From the IMG/VR virus record IMGVR_UViG_3300036785_000488, positions 1 through 64,000 of that record: a stretch of DNA of 64,000 bases; one strand, written 5' to 3'. Source of the stretch: a virus. Shown here one piece after another: positions 10,247-18,916 of the stretch; the first letter of the stretch is position 1; each line of letters starts with the position of its first letter. Made by a program: the position numbers and the translations under genes. The notes under the pieces were generated by a model that searched no databases, was not told the origin of the DNA, and worked only from the letters and a program-made list of their open reading frames with translations.

Positions 10247-10681
10247 TCACCCGGTGCTCTTGCGTGTGCCCCGAGTAGACCGGGCATTTGCATTTTTTGC
10301 ATGTCCAGATTTTGCCACATTTTTACTCGCCTTTTTTATCGGCACGACGTTTGCCGCCCTTCTTGTTGCCCCGAGCGCATTGTTGGCTTGTAGCTGCGAG
10401 CGCAGCTTGGTGAACAGATCGTCCTGGAACTCAGCTCGACTGGGAGACTGTCCCTTCTCGTAGAGATAGCCGTCGGGATGGATGTACCTCCGAGAGAGAA
10501 GCTGATAGCTCCCGTACGCCAGGTTGTCGTGGCGTTCAGTCCCACACCTGATGCATCTAAGCGACAGCCTCCAGCCGTACCACGGAGCGTCCAACCCGAC
10601 AGGGTTGAAAGTCGCCCAGGCGTGCATCCGTAGCGCCCGACAGAGATCCTCACCGTCCTGTTTGCGTGTTCTAGTAGCCAT
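10247..10681 (-). CDS. Zn-ribbon hypothetical protein, probably leaderless (MAT start)
   Basis: C...H...CIRCG; TACGCT lies 5 nt before ATGGCTAC. Confidence 0.7.
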   Translation of the reverse strand: MATRTRKQDGEDLCRALRMHAWATFNPVGLDAPWYGWRLSLRCIRCGTERHDNLAYGSYQLLSRRYIHPDGYLYEKGQSPSRAEFQDDLFTKLRSQLQANNALGATRRAANVVPIKKASKNVAKSGHAKNANARSTRGTRKSTG

Positions 10682-10902
10682 GCCAAAGCGTACAGCAACT
10701 TCCTCCTGCGAGACGTAAAAACCTGCACTGACCTGCTGTTTTGTTGTAGCACCTTCCTTTTCTGCAGTTCGGTACTACTCCATATGCCCAAATGAGTGTA
10801 CTGGCATATGGGGCGGGTACTACGTGGGATTCGGGTTTGAAAGTAAGTCGCCGGTATGGCGGCTGTAGCTGGCCTGGCCTCGTTAAGGGTGGGGGGGTCG
10901 TA

Positions 10903-11020
10903 CTGCACTGGGCTGCACTGAGGTACACAGAGCTGCTGTTCTCCCTGCTCAGGAGCTGTGTCCCTGTAACCTGGTGTTACACGGGGCTGTACTGAGCTGC
11001 ACCTGGCTGCACTGAGCTGC
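10903..11020. repeat. Phased CTG(C/T)ACTG(AG) short repeats in a ~450-nt non-coding interval
   Basis: GGGCTGCACTGAG at 10910, GGGCTGTACTGAG at 10984, GGCTGCACTGAG at 11005. CTGY recurs at 10987/10997/11007/11017. Confidence 0.7.
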
Positions 11021-11147
11021 CTGTAGCCACGGCCAGGCTAGGTGGTGTGTAGCTGGTGCCCTGAGTTGCTCACATTGGCCTCTGTATGCCCTCCTGTACC
11101 CCTCTATGACCTGGGGCGATTTCATGGGCCATGGGGTGTGTGGCGGC

Positions 11148-11315
11148 TCATAGGCGGCTGGCTGGGTGGTGCTCTTGGTCGGGGGAGCTGGGGCACACGT
11201 CCTGGGGGCGATCTAGGGCAGCCCAGACCACGTCAGTGGGACTGGAGGCGGATGCCGGGGCGATGTCTTCACCGCAGTGTCGGCACATGGCGATCATGTC
11301 CTTGGGCGGAATCAC
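11148..11315 (-). CDS. 55-aa Zn-binding microprotein (not in ORF track)
   Basis: MIPPKDMIAMCRHCGEDI...CPSSPDQEHHP; GTGA overlap with the upstream gene and a GGAGGAG RBS. Confidence 0.6.
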   Translation of the reverse strand: MIPPKDMIAMCRHCGEDIAPASASSPTDVVWAALDRPQDVCPSSPDQEHHPASRL

Positions 11316-11728
11316 GACAGCTCCTCCAGCCCGTCGGTGATGACGTTGCCCAGGTACAGGCGGGCTGCCTGCTCGATGATCGAGTCGGCGTCGACGTCAT
11401 CACCGAAGCCGTTCTCCTCGACGTAGGCGAGGGCCTCGTGGAGCTGCTGGGGCGTCGGGGCGGCGGGCACCTGGGGCGACACTGGCGTGGCGCTGAACAT
11501 CTCGGTCAGCTCGGCGTCGGTGAAGGCGACCTGCTCGGGGGCGGGCGTGCCCCAGATCTCGGGCCACTCCCGGGCGCGGAATGCGGTGATGCTGAGTCCT
11601 CCGGTTTCGGTCGGGCCACAGAGCATGCCGGTGGTCCTCTGGGCGTTGTACTCCAGGCGGGTGCATTCCCGGCACGGGCATTCCCACAGGTCGACGTTCG
11701 GGTTGTGGGCGGGGTTCGGGGTGGGCAT
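11312..11728 (-). CDS. Hypothetical protein
   Basis: RBS GAGAGGAA; starts MPTPNPAH; has CPCREC. Confidence 0.65.
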   Translation of the reverse strand: MPTPNPAHNPNVDLWECPCRECTRLEYNAQRTTGMLCGPTETGGLSITAFRAREWPEIWGTPAPEQVAFTDAELTEMFSATPVSPQVPAAPTPQQLHEALAYVEENGFGDDVDADSIIEQAARLYLGNVITDGLEELS

Positions 11729-11762
11729 GGTGGTTCCTCTCAGGTTGGGTTGGGTGGGCGGA

Positions 11763-12170
11763 TCAGAACGAGACGATGACGGTCTGGCCGGGGTGAGCCG
11801 ACACGAGGGCGAGGGCCTCACGGTACGAGGGCGTCGGGCCGGTGATGACAGCGACCCGGTTGTCGAAGTCGTTGGACATCGAGACGTAGAACTCGGTGCC
11901 TGCGGCCTCCAGAGCCTTGGCGACGACGACGATCTCGGGGCGGTCAGCAATGAGGTTCCACGAGAGGGCCTCGGCGTGGAGGTCCCACACGAGCTGGCGA
12001 CGGGGCTGGTCGGCACCGGGGCGAAGGTTCGTGCAGGAGGCGTCACCGCACTCCTCGGAGAACCGGGGGGCGATGCGGTCGGCCCGACGGTTCAGCTCGT
12101 TCACGATCTCGTGCGCGCTGAGCGTGAGGGTGGCGTGGTGGGTGGGCTGGAGTTGGTATGAGCTGTTCAT
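11763..12170 (-). CDS. Hypothetical protein, leaderless
   Basis: TACCAT lies 7 nt before the ATG. Confidence 0.65.
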   Translation of the reverse strand: MNSSYQLQPTHHATLTLSAHEIVNELNRRADRIAPRFSEECGDASCTNLRPGADQPRRQLVWDLHAEALSWNLIADRPEIVVVAKALEAAGTEFYVSMSNDFDNRVAVITGPTPSYREALALVSAHPGQTVIVSF

Positions 12171-12177
12171 GGAGACC

Positions 12178-12211
12178 ATGGTAGCAGGTTCACACAGGTG
12201 ATTTCGGTCAG
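12178..12211 (-). promoter_or_regulatory. CTGAC-22-TANNNT promoter
   Basis: CTGACC-22 nt-TACCAT. Confidence 0.75.
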
Positions 12212-12379
12212 GCGGGTGGGTTTTCTTGGTCGGGGTTGGTGGTACGGTCACCCATCTCATTTCGTCCTGAGAGGCGTCTAGAATGCCCTGTGTGCCCCGC
12301 AACAAAATCCGGCCACGTTCCCCCATTCCTGAGCTTTGCTGCCCGCAGCGGGGATCAGCACACCCCTCCCAGGACCGGA

Positions 12380-12423
12380 AACACCCCCACCTACCAGGAC
12401 GAATCCAGGTGAGTGGGGGTGTT
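12380..12423 (-). terminator. Long hairpin downstream of the helicase (terminator or processing stem)
   Basis: AACACCCCCAC...GTGGGGGTGTT arms with a TTCG loop on the minus strand. Confidence 0.7.
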
Positions 12424-12454
12424 CAAAGGAATGGGGGTTGCGTCTAGCGTGGGG

Positions 12455-13954
12455 TCATCCGGCCTCCTCCTGCCCCTCCCAGCGGGGCGTCGGGAACTTG
12501 GCCCGGAGCTGAGCCATGAGGAGGGCCTTGATGTCGTCCTCCTCGTTCTGGGCGATGCTGCCGTCGGCGGCTGCCCTGAACGTCTCCCACTTCTCAGCGA
12601 TGAGGCGGGCGAGCCAGGTGTCGACGGTGTCCTGGTTGTCCTCGACCACGAGGGTGTGGGCGAAGACGACGTCGGCCTCCTGGCCGATCCGGTTGATCCG
12701 GTCCTCGGCCTGGCTGACCGCACCGGGGTGCCAGGGCTGCTCCACGAAGAGGCAGTCGGTGACGTTGTGACCGTTGCCGACGAAGGTGAAGCCCTCGGCG
12801 TGGGCCTTGAGGGCACACACGAGCACCTCGGTGTCGCCCTCGTTGAAGGTGTCGACCTGAGCCTGCATCTCGGGGGTACCGGTCTTGAAGTCACGCAGGG
12901 CGACCGTGCGGATCTTGGCGGCGTTGAGGGCCTTGGTGATCTCACGCTGCACGTGCTCGTGCATGGCCCACACCACGAGCTTCTTGGAGGGGTTCTCCTC
13001 CCGGTACGTCTTGACCCACTCGACGGCGGCGTCGACCTTGGCGCGCCCGACCTCCTGGCGCAGGGCTGTCATCAGCTCCAGGTGGTAGCTCTGCTCGGTC
13101 TTGGCGACGAAGGTGCGCTCGATCTCGTGGTACCGGTCGAGGCCACCGTTGAGGGACAGCGGCGTCTCGATCCGGTGGGTCTCCTCCATGTCGAGCACCT
13201 CGGAGCGCAGGCGGCGCACGTAGCACGTACCGCGCAGACGCACGTTGAGCAGGTCGAGGTTGGACGCACCGTCCCACTTGGTGCCCCAGGCGTTCGTCTC
13301 ACCGCGGCAGAAGCGGTTCTTGAAGGCGAACTCCCAGTCACGGGGCGTCGGGTTGGCCTTGCCGGTCGGGCGCGGGGCGACCTCCTCCAGGCGACCGATC
13401 ATCATGAGCTGGGTGACCAGTTCGACGGGACGGTTGAGCAGCGGCGTGCCACTGAGGAGGAGCACGGTGCCCTTGCGCGAGCGCACGTCCTCGGAGATCT
13501 TGAGAGCGGCGACGGTGCGAAGCACGGGCGACTTGGCGGTGCCCAGGGCCTTCACGTAGTGGCTCTCATCCACGATCATGGCGTCGAAGCCCTCGCCCAC
13601 CAGGCCGTCGGCCCAGGAGGTGAGGAGGTCGAACTGGATCACGCTGACCTGGGCGTCGGTCTCGTAGGGCACCTTGCCGCCCAGCACCTGGACACTCCAC
13701 TCGGGGGCGCAGCGGTTGATCTCACGCACCCAGTTGGCCTTGAGGCTGGCCTTGCACACGACGAGGATCTTCTGGGCGTCGCGCACCTTGGCGGTCACGA
13801 GAGCCTGGCGGGTCTTGCCCAGGCCCTGCTCGTCAGCGATCAGCGTGCCCTTGCCGTCGGCGGTCTGGACGAGCGCGTAGGCGACACCAGCGTGCTGGTA
13901 GTCGAAGAGCTGCTCACCCTCGGGGAGGTAGCTGTTGAAGTCGATGGTAGCCAT
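12455..13954 (-). CDS. SNF2-family (SMARCAL1/HARP-like) DEXH helicase/ATPase
   Basis: IADEQGLGKT (Walker A), IVDESH, LLSGTP, QAEDRINRIGQ. Confidence 0.92.
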   Translation of the reverse strand: MATIDFNSYLPEGEQLFDYQHAGVAYALVQTADGKGTLIADEQGLGKTRQALVTAKVRDAQKILVVCKASLKANWVREINRCAPEWSVQVLGGKVPYETDAQVSVIQFDLLTSWADGLVGEGFDAMIVDESHYVKALGTAKSPVLRTVAALKISEDVRSRKGTVLLLSGTPLLNRPVELVTQLMMIGRLEEVAPRPTGKANPTPRDWEFAFKNRFCRGETNAWGTKWDGASNLDLLNVRLRGTCYVRRLRSEVLDMEETHRIETPLSLNGGLDRYHEIERTFVAKTEQSYHLELMTALRQEVGRAKVDAAVEWVKTYREENPSKKLVVWAMHEHVQREITKALNAAKIRTVALRDFKTGTPEMQAQVDTFNEGDTEVLVCALKAHAEGFTFVGNGHNVTDCLFVEQPWHPGAVSQAEDRINRIGQEADVVFAHTLVVEDNQDTVDTWLARLIAEKWETFRAAADGSIAQNEEDDIKALLMAQLRAKFPTPRWEGQEEAG

Positions 13955-13960
13955 GGGTCC

Positions 13961-13994
13961 ATTGTACCGTGTCGGGTGTGACAACACACGTCAG
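13961..13994 (-). promoter_or_regulatory. CTGAC-22-TANNNT promoter (leaderless)
   Basis: CTGACG-22-TACAAT-6-ATGGCTAC. Confidence 0.8.
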
Positions 13995-14025
13995 GGCGAG
14001 GAGAAATATGCCTAAACCAGACGGT

Positions 14026-14460
14026 TTATCGGCGGCGCTGCCACTGTCCCTTGAGCATGGCCCCACCCATGACCGCGGCACCCATCCACCGCTCTCGGTC
14101 AGAGGTGAGCGGGTTGGGGCCACGCCTCTTCGGCTTGCCTGAGGGGTGCATGAAGACCCACACGAGGGCCACCAGGATGGCGAGGGCCATCAGCCCGTGG
14201 ACCCACTTGAGACCGAAGCTGTGCCGCCACAGGGGCCACCCGATGGTGAGCACGTACAGGCCGGTGGCTCCCCAGATGTAGCCCTTGGCCGTGGCGAGGC
14301 GGGTGCGGCGTTCCACCCGGTGCTCGTGCACCCAGACGGCGTCACCGCGGCCATGGCAGTACGGGCAGACGTCCTCGGAGAGCGAACCGTCCTCATGCTG
14401 GAGGAAGGTCTTGCCGGTGCCGCGGCACACGTTGCACGGGGTCTCATCCCAGGTGGTCAC
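14026..14460 (-). CDS. DnaJ-type Zn-finger membrane protein
   Basis: CNVCRGTG and CPYCHGRG followed by two hydrophobic helices. Confidence 0.7.
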   Translation of the reverse strand: MTTWDETPCNVCRGTGKTFLQHEDGSLSEDVCPYCHGRGDAVWVHEHRVERRTRLATAKGYIWGATGLYVLTIGWPLWRHSFGLKWVHGLMALAILVALVWVFMHPSGKPKRRGPNPLTSDRERWMGAAVMGGAMLKGQWQRRR

Positions 14461-15428
14461 GAGATCACCCGCTGGGCGTCGGGGAGCACCTGGGCGAGCA
14501 TGTCCACGAACACGTCAGGCAGCTCACCAGGGTCCTTCTGGCGGCTCACATGCGACAGGACCGTGCGGCGGTCCTCCTCTAAGAGATCAGCCGCCTTGCG
14601 GGCCTCCAGGGCTGCCCTGGCGTTCTCAATGACGGCGACCACGTCGGGGTGCACGTTCAGCCCCAGGCGGGCGGCGAAGGGGAGCACGTCGGGGTGAATG
14701 TCGGCGGTGTTGACGTTGCCCGACACGTAGCTGCGGCCAGGCAGGGCGCGCACGGCGTTGAAGCCCTCCTGGTTCCATGGGCCGGTGACGTTGGTGTCGA
14801 TGACCACCTTGCCGCCACGGGAGTCGAGGGTGATCTCGTGGTGCACCGGCTGCGCCTGGGGGGCCTCACGAGGGGCCTCCAGGACGGCACGAGCGGCGTC
14901 GGTGACGTTGAAGTCGAAGGTCTCGATGAACACGTCCACCTCGTCGGACACGAACACCCGGTTGTTCTTCTGCGGACCACCGAGGTACCGGCGACCAGGC
15001 AGGGCCTGGACTGCGGACAGCAGCTCGGAGAAGTCAGGGTCACGGCCCCACCGGACCACCAGTTCACCGTTCAGCACGTCCACGATGCGGCTGGCCTTGG
15101 CCTTGCCGCGGTACTCGTACCCACGGGCGGTCTGGCGAGCAGCGGTGTTTGTGTAGCTGTCCTTGGCGTCGCGCACCACCTGGAGGGTGGTCACGTCGAT
15201 ACCGGTGTACGTGTTGATCTGCACCTGGTACCGGTTGGCGATGCGTGCAGCCTCTTGGCGCACGTCCTGGGTCCACTGGTCGAAGGGCACCGAGGCGATG
15301 CGGCGACCGAACTTGGTGTCCTGGCCGTTGAAGCCGACACCGTCGTCGGTGATGGCACCGTCACAGTGTGAGGCGACGGCGCAGATGCCCTGGTAGACGA
15401 TTGCGTATTGCTCTTCGGTGGTAGCCAT
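14457..15428 (-). CDS. Protein with DGVGFNxxD motif and two HARP-like repeats
   Basis: CDGAITDDGVGFNGQD; AVQALPGRRY and AVRALPGRSY. Confidence 0.7.
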   Translation of the reverse strand: MATTEEQYAIVYQGICAVASHCDGAITDDGVGFNGQDTKFGRRIASVPFDQWTQDVRQEAARIANRYQVQINTYTGIDVTTLQVVRDAKDSYTNTAARQTARGYEYRGKAKASRIVDVLNGELVVRWGRDPDFSELLSAVQALPGRRYLGGPQKNNRVFVSDEVDVFIETFDFNVTDAARAVLEAPREAPQAQPVHHEITLDSRGGKVVIDTNVTGPWNQEGFNAVRALPGRSYVSGNVNTADIHPDVLPFAARLGLNVHPDVVAVIENARAALEARKAADLLEEDRRTVLSHVSRQKDPGELPDVFVDMLAQVLPDAQRVIS

Positions 15429-15434
15429 GCGTCT

Positions 15435-15468
15435 ATGGTACCAGCTCGGTGTGACGTTCACACGTCAG
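15435..15468 (-). promoter_or_regulatory. CTGAC-22-TANNNT promoter (leaderless)
   Basis: CTGACG-22-TACCAT-6-ATGGCTAC. Confidence 0.8.
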
Positions 15469-15504
15469 GTCGAAAGAAAATATGTAAACCATCTGGTTGA
15501 TCTT

Positions 15505-15570
15505 TTCTCGTGCAGGGTGAGTCTCTGAGTCCCAGCCCCTGTGGCTTGCGCCAGGGGGTTCCGGGGTCAC
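15505..15570 (-). ncRNA. Candidate small hairpin RNA behind its own promoter (15577-15610)
   Basis: The promoter is nearly identical to 12178-12211. The transcript folds into an extended stem with a GCAA tetraloop. Confidence 0.45.
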
Positions 15571-15606
15571 GAGACCATGGTAGCAGGCTCACACACCAGA
15601 TTTCGG

Positions 15607-15774
15607 TCAGGTAGGTGGCAAACCGGGAGCAGGCTCAAAGCCGGGGCACTCGTCTAGCTCCAGGTGCTCACCGAGGGCACAGAAGTCACACGCTGCCCTC
15701 TTGGTACCCCTGAAGACTCCGGTGAAGCTGTGGTCATCGGCGTGGTGTCCACAGACACACCAGGAGCCGGTCAT
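15607..15774 (-). CDS. 55-aa Cys/His microprotein (not in ORF track)
   Basis: MTGSWCVCGHHADDH...CDFC...CPGF; ATGA overlap. Confidence 0.65.
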   Translation of the reverse strand: MTGSWCVCGHHADDHSFTGVFRGTKRAACDFCALGEHLELDECPGFEPAPGLPPT

Positions 15775-16082
15775 GACCGACGCCGTGGTCCGGTGCGCGT
15801 CGTCTGGAACTCACTCACCCAGTGCTCCTGGGCGAGCTTGAACCAGTGGGCGTCCTGCTCGGGCGTGAGCACGGCCAAGTGCCAACCGGCACCCTTGATG
15901 CCCTTGCCGTCCTTGCGGACCTTGTTGCCCTCGGCGTGGACGGCATGTGCCTCGTCAAGGGTGAGGTCGACCTTGATCCTCTTCACCTCGATGAGGTCAC
16001 CGTTCGGCCACGGGTCCTGGGCGCGGAAACGCTCGTCGGCCTCCAGGTCGAATGTGATGAAGAGTTGAGTGTCGACGTTCAT
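15771..16082 (-). CDS. Hypothetical protein
   Basis: Coupled to its neighbours. Confidence 0.65.
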   Translation of the reverse strand: MNVDTQLFITFDLEADERFRAQDPWPNGDLIEVKRIKVDLTLDEAHAVHAEGNKVRKDGKGIKGAGWHLAVLTPEQDAHWFKLAQEHWVSEFQTTRTGPRRRS

Positions 16083-16381
16083 GACTCCCCCCTGGCAACG
16101 CGGTTCAGCTCGTCGGTCGGGATGCGGACCTTGACGATGAGGTTGGTGGTCTCCTTGCGACCGTTGAAGTAGAAGGTGACCGTGCGCGCAGCCTGGTCGA
16201 TGATGTGGTCGGTGTCACGGCGGAACTCCCTCTCCAGGGTGGCGAGGTCGTCGGAGCGACGCACGGTGAAGACAGCGTCACTGCCATCGGCGGCGTCGCG
16301 CACCAGGATGAAGCGGCGGCGGCTCGACACGCGGATCTTCTCTCCGAGAGGCAGCGTGTAGGTGGTTGGGTTCGGGTACAT
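16079..16381 (-). CDS. Hypothetical protein
   Basis: RBS GAAAGGAA. Confidence 0.7.
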   Translation of the reverse strand: MYPNPTTYTLPLGEKIRVSSRRRFILVRDAADGSDAVFTVRRSDDLATLEREFRRDTDHIIDQAARTVTFYFNGRKETTNLIVKVRIPTDELNRVARGES

Positions 16382-16399
16382 GAGTGTGGTCTCTGTTCC

Positions 16400-16781
16400 T
16401 TTCTGCCAGGCCCGACCATCGGGCTGGCATGGCGCTCTGCTCCGGTCATGATCCGGTGCCGCCTACACGAGGCAGAGCGTGCTGCTCATGAGCTGAATGA
16501 GAGAGTCTGGGCCAGCCCTATCGTCCCCTTGCCATCCCCCATCGATGCACCTCCGGGTTACTCTCCAGGTATTTTCGGGCTGTTCTCCAAGTTCGCTCCC
16601 CTTACCTTTCGCCCTCCACACACGTTCATTCAGGGATCCTCCACCGTTCTCAGGTGGCTGGTGGTCGTTAGCCGTCAGCGTGGTTTCATCGGGTTACTTG
16701 CGAGGGCACCTCCTCGGTCCCAGGCTCTGTCATTCAGCTCATGTCATGTCTTTGAGATGTGGTCTCCTCTCACTCGGTGGT
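16400..16781 (-). ncRNA. Candidate large structured ncRNA or structured leader
   Basis: Has its own promoter (16788-16821) and no credible ORF. A 25-bp closing stem (16487-16511 with 16719-16743) encloses several helices. Confidence 0.6.
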
Positions 16782-16850
16782 GACACCATGGTACCAGGTT
16801 CACACAGTGAATCGTACGCAGGTGTGCGAGTTTTTTGTTGCAGTTTGGTG

Positions 16851-17738
16851 TCAGCCGATCACCTCCTTGACCAGTGCCCTGGCCTTGGCGACGTTGGCCT
16901 TGGTCTCCACGATGGCCTGGAGGATCTGCTCCTGGCTGAGCCGGAAGGGGTTGTGCTTGGGGATCTTGGAGTCCTTGATGGCCTTCTTGATGGCCCTCTC
17001 GGCCTGAGCAGCCAGCCCGTCACCCAGACCAGCAGCCTGGAGAGCAGGGACGAGCTTGCGGATATGGGCCTCCTCGTCACCCCCGTAGTAGACGATGTTG
17101 CTGAGAAGGTGTGACAGTTCGTTGCGAGCGGCGACCTTGGTACGGAGCACGTTGCCGTCGATCCGCAGCGGCGAGCCGTCGACATCGGTGATGGCCTTCT
17201 CGGCCTTCTCGGCATCCTTGGCAGCCTTCTCGGCGGCACGAGCCGCCTGGGCCTCACGGTCGATGCGTGCGGGCCGGTTGTAGAGCGGGTTGGTCGGGGC
17301 GTCTGGGAAGCACACCGTGCAGGCGCGCTCTCCCCACTCCTCGACCATGGCGTCCTCGTTGCAGTCGGCCAGCTCCACGAGCCACCCGTACACAGTGGTG
17401 GGGAAGCAGGTGCTGCAGTTCATGCCACGGTGGACGTGCCCGTTGTCGTTGCGAACGAGGAAGTAGCGGTTCCACGGGCGGCGGTTGTACTCGACCTGGT
17501 ACGGCACCGAGGCAGCGATCAGCTCGGCGCGCTCGGCCTGGAGGGCCTTGATGTCCTCACGAGCCTTGAGCACCTCGTTGCGGTGGTATTCGGTGTCCCA
17601 CTTGACGAGCCTCTTCTCGGAGTACTCCAGGTGGTTGACCTCCATCATGATGTGCTGCTCAACACGGGCCTGGGCCTCGTAGTTGTCGGAGAGCACCGTG
17701 TCGATCTCGACCGGCGTCATGTCTGCTGTGTTCGTCAT
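16851..17738 (-). CDS. Zn-binding early protein, leaderless
   Basis: GHVHRGMNCSTC...ACTVCFPDAP; promoter at 17746-17779. Confidence 0.8.
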   Translation of the reverse strand: MTNTADMTPVEIDTVLSDNYEAQARVEQHIMMEVNHLEYSEKRLVKWDTEYHRNEVLKAREDIKALQAERAELIAASVPYQVEYNRRPWNRYFLVRNDNGHVHRGMNCSTCFPTTVYGWLVELADCNEDAMVEEWGERACTVCFPDAPTNPLYNRPARIDREAQAARAAEKAAKDAEKAEKAITDVDGSPLRIDGNVLRTKVAARNELSHLLSNIVYYGGDEEAHIRKLVPALQAAGLGDGLAAQAERAIKKAIKDSKIPKHNPFRLSQEQILQAIVETKANVAKARALVKEVIG

Positions 17739-17745
17739 GGGGACC

Positions 17746-17879
17746 ATGGTAGCAGGTACACACAGTGGATCGTACGCAGATAGGCGGATTTCTCCAGAAA
17801 AAAGTTTTCGTCTCTGACCTGGACATTCACCTATTTTGACTCATCCTGCTGTGTGGTAGGGCATTTTCACCTGTACAGT
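17746..17879. promoter_or_regulatory. Divergent promoter pair at the strand switch
   Basis: Minus strand: CTGCGT-22-TACCAT. Plus strand: CTGCTG-22-TACAGT. An A/T tract lies between them. Confidence 0.7.
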
Positions 17880-17886
17880 GTCCTCC

Positions 17887-18864
17887 ATGGCTACCGCATC
17901 AACGCTCTACCTGGACGACGGGTTGGGCAACAAGATCCCCGACCTGACCAGGTACCACTGGCTCGTGGTCAACAGCTCGGCTGGCAAGGACAGCCAGGCG
18001 ATGCTCGACTACATCGTCGCCGTGTGTGACCTCCAGGGCGTGCCTCACTCCCGCATCGTGGTCGTGCACTGTGACCTCGGTCGCGTCGAGTGGGCTGGCA
18101 CCAAGGAACTCGCTGCTGAGCAAGCGGCTCACTACGGTCTCCGCTTTGAGGTGGTGGGCCGCAAGGGCACAGAGCACCAGGGACGCATCCTCGGTGACCT
18201 CCTGGAGCAGGTGTGGGAGCGCCACCAGGCGAACACTCGCCAGGGCAAGGAGCAAGAGGTCTCGCCGTGGCCCAATCGTGATAACCGTTGGTGCACCTCG
18301 GACCAGAAGACCTCGCAGGTGTACAAGCTGCACACGCGCCTCGCCGCCGAGTCTCGCAAAGCTGGTGTCGTCGGCCCCGCTCGCATCCTCGACATCCTTG
18401 GCATGCGTGCCGAGGAGTCCGACAAGCGGGCGCAGTTCGCTCCGTACGAGCACCTGGAGAAAAAGGCGTCGAGTGGCAACAAGCACGTCGACCGCTGGCT
18501 CCCTCTCCACACATGGACCGAGGAGCAGGTGTGGGACCGCATCTGGGCCGCAGGCACTCGCTGGCACTGGGCCTACGACAAGGGCATGGAGAGGCTCTCG
18601 TGCGTCTTCTGCGTGCTCGCCCCGGCGCACAACTGGGACATCAGCATCGAGTTCAACCGTGAGCTGGCTGACGCCTACGCCGAGATGGAGCAGGCCACCG
18701 GCCACCCGATGGTCGAGATGGCTCCGAACAAGGCCGAGAAGGCGCAGAGTCGCCCTGGCAAGAGGATCAGCATCCGGAGCACCATCGATGCGTACGACGC
18801 CCGCCACGCGGTCGCCACGCCGGTCTCGCTGAGGCCCAGCCGCTCAGAGTCCCTGGTCGCATAG
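17887..18864 (+). CDS. PAPS-reductase-family (PP-loop) protein
   Basis: NSSAGKDSQ, RWCTSDQK, GMRAEES..R, RLSCVFC. Confidence 0.88.
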   Translation: MATASTLYLDDGLGNKIPDLTRYHWLVVNSSAGKDSQAMLDYIVAVCDLQGVPHSRIVVVHCDLGRVEWAGTKELAAEQAAHYGLRFEVVGRKGTEHQGRILGDLLEQVWERHQANTRQGKEQEVSPWPNRDNRWCTSDQKTSQVYKLHTRLAAESRKAGVVGPARILDILGMRAEESDKRAQFAPYEHLEKKASSGNKHVDRWLPLHTWTEEQVWDRIWAAGTRWHWAYDKGMERLSCVFCVLAPAHNWDISIEFNRELADAYAEMEQATGHPMVEMAPNKAEKAQSRPGKRISIRSTIDAYDARHAVATPVSLRPSRSESLVA

Positions 18865-18916
18865 TTCTTTTCGTCCTGACTGGTATCCGACACAACCGAG
18901 AGGTACACTGACCCAC

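Noticed and set aside
12413-13981. Long antisense ORFs (e.g. 12413-13981 +, 577-1851 -, 26239-27468 +, most of 50533-51951 -)
   Set aside because: These are shadow frames of high-GC genes on the opposite strand, with no RBS or motifs.
16400-16781. RNase P RNA, tmRNA, group II intron or retron msr-msd
   Set aside because: No GAGGAAAGUCC/P4 motif, no tRNA-like ends, no domain V, and no reverse transcriptase in the window. Kept as an unknown ncRNA.
8952-18864. A complete Dnd phosphorothioation system (DGQHR-like plus PAPS-reductase-like genes)
   Set aside because: The two genes are 8 kb apart in different operons, and no DndD, DndE or cysteine desulfurase is visible.
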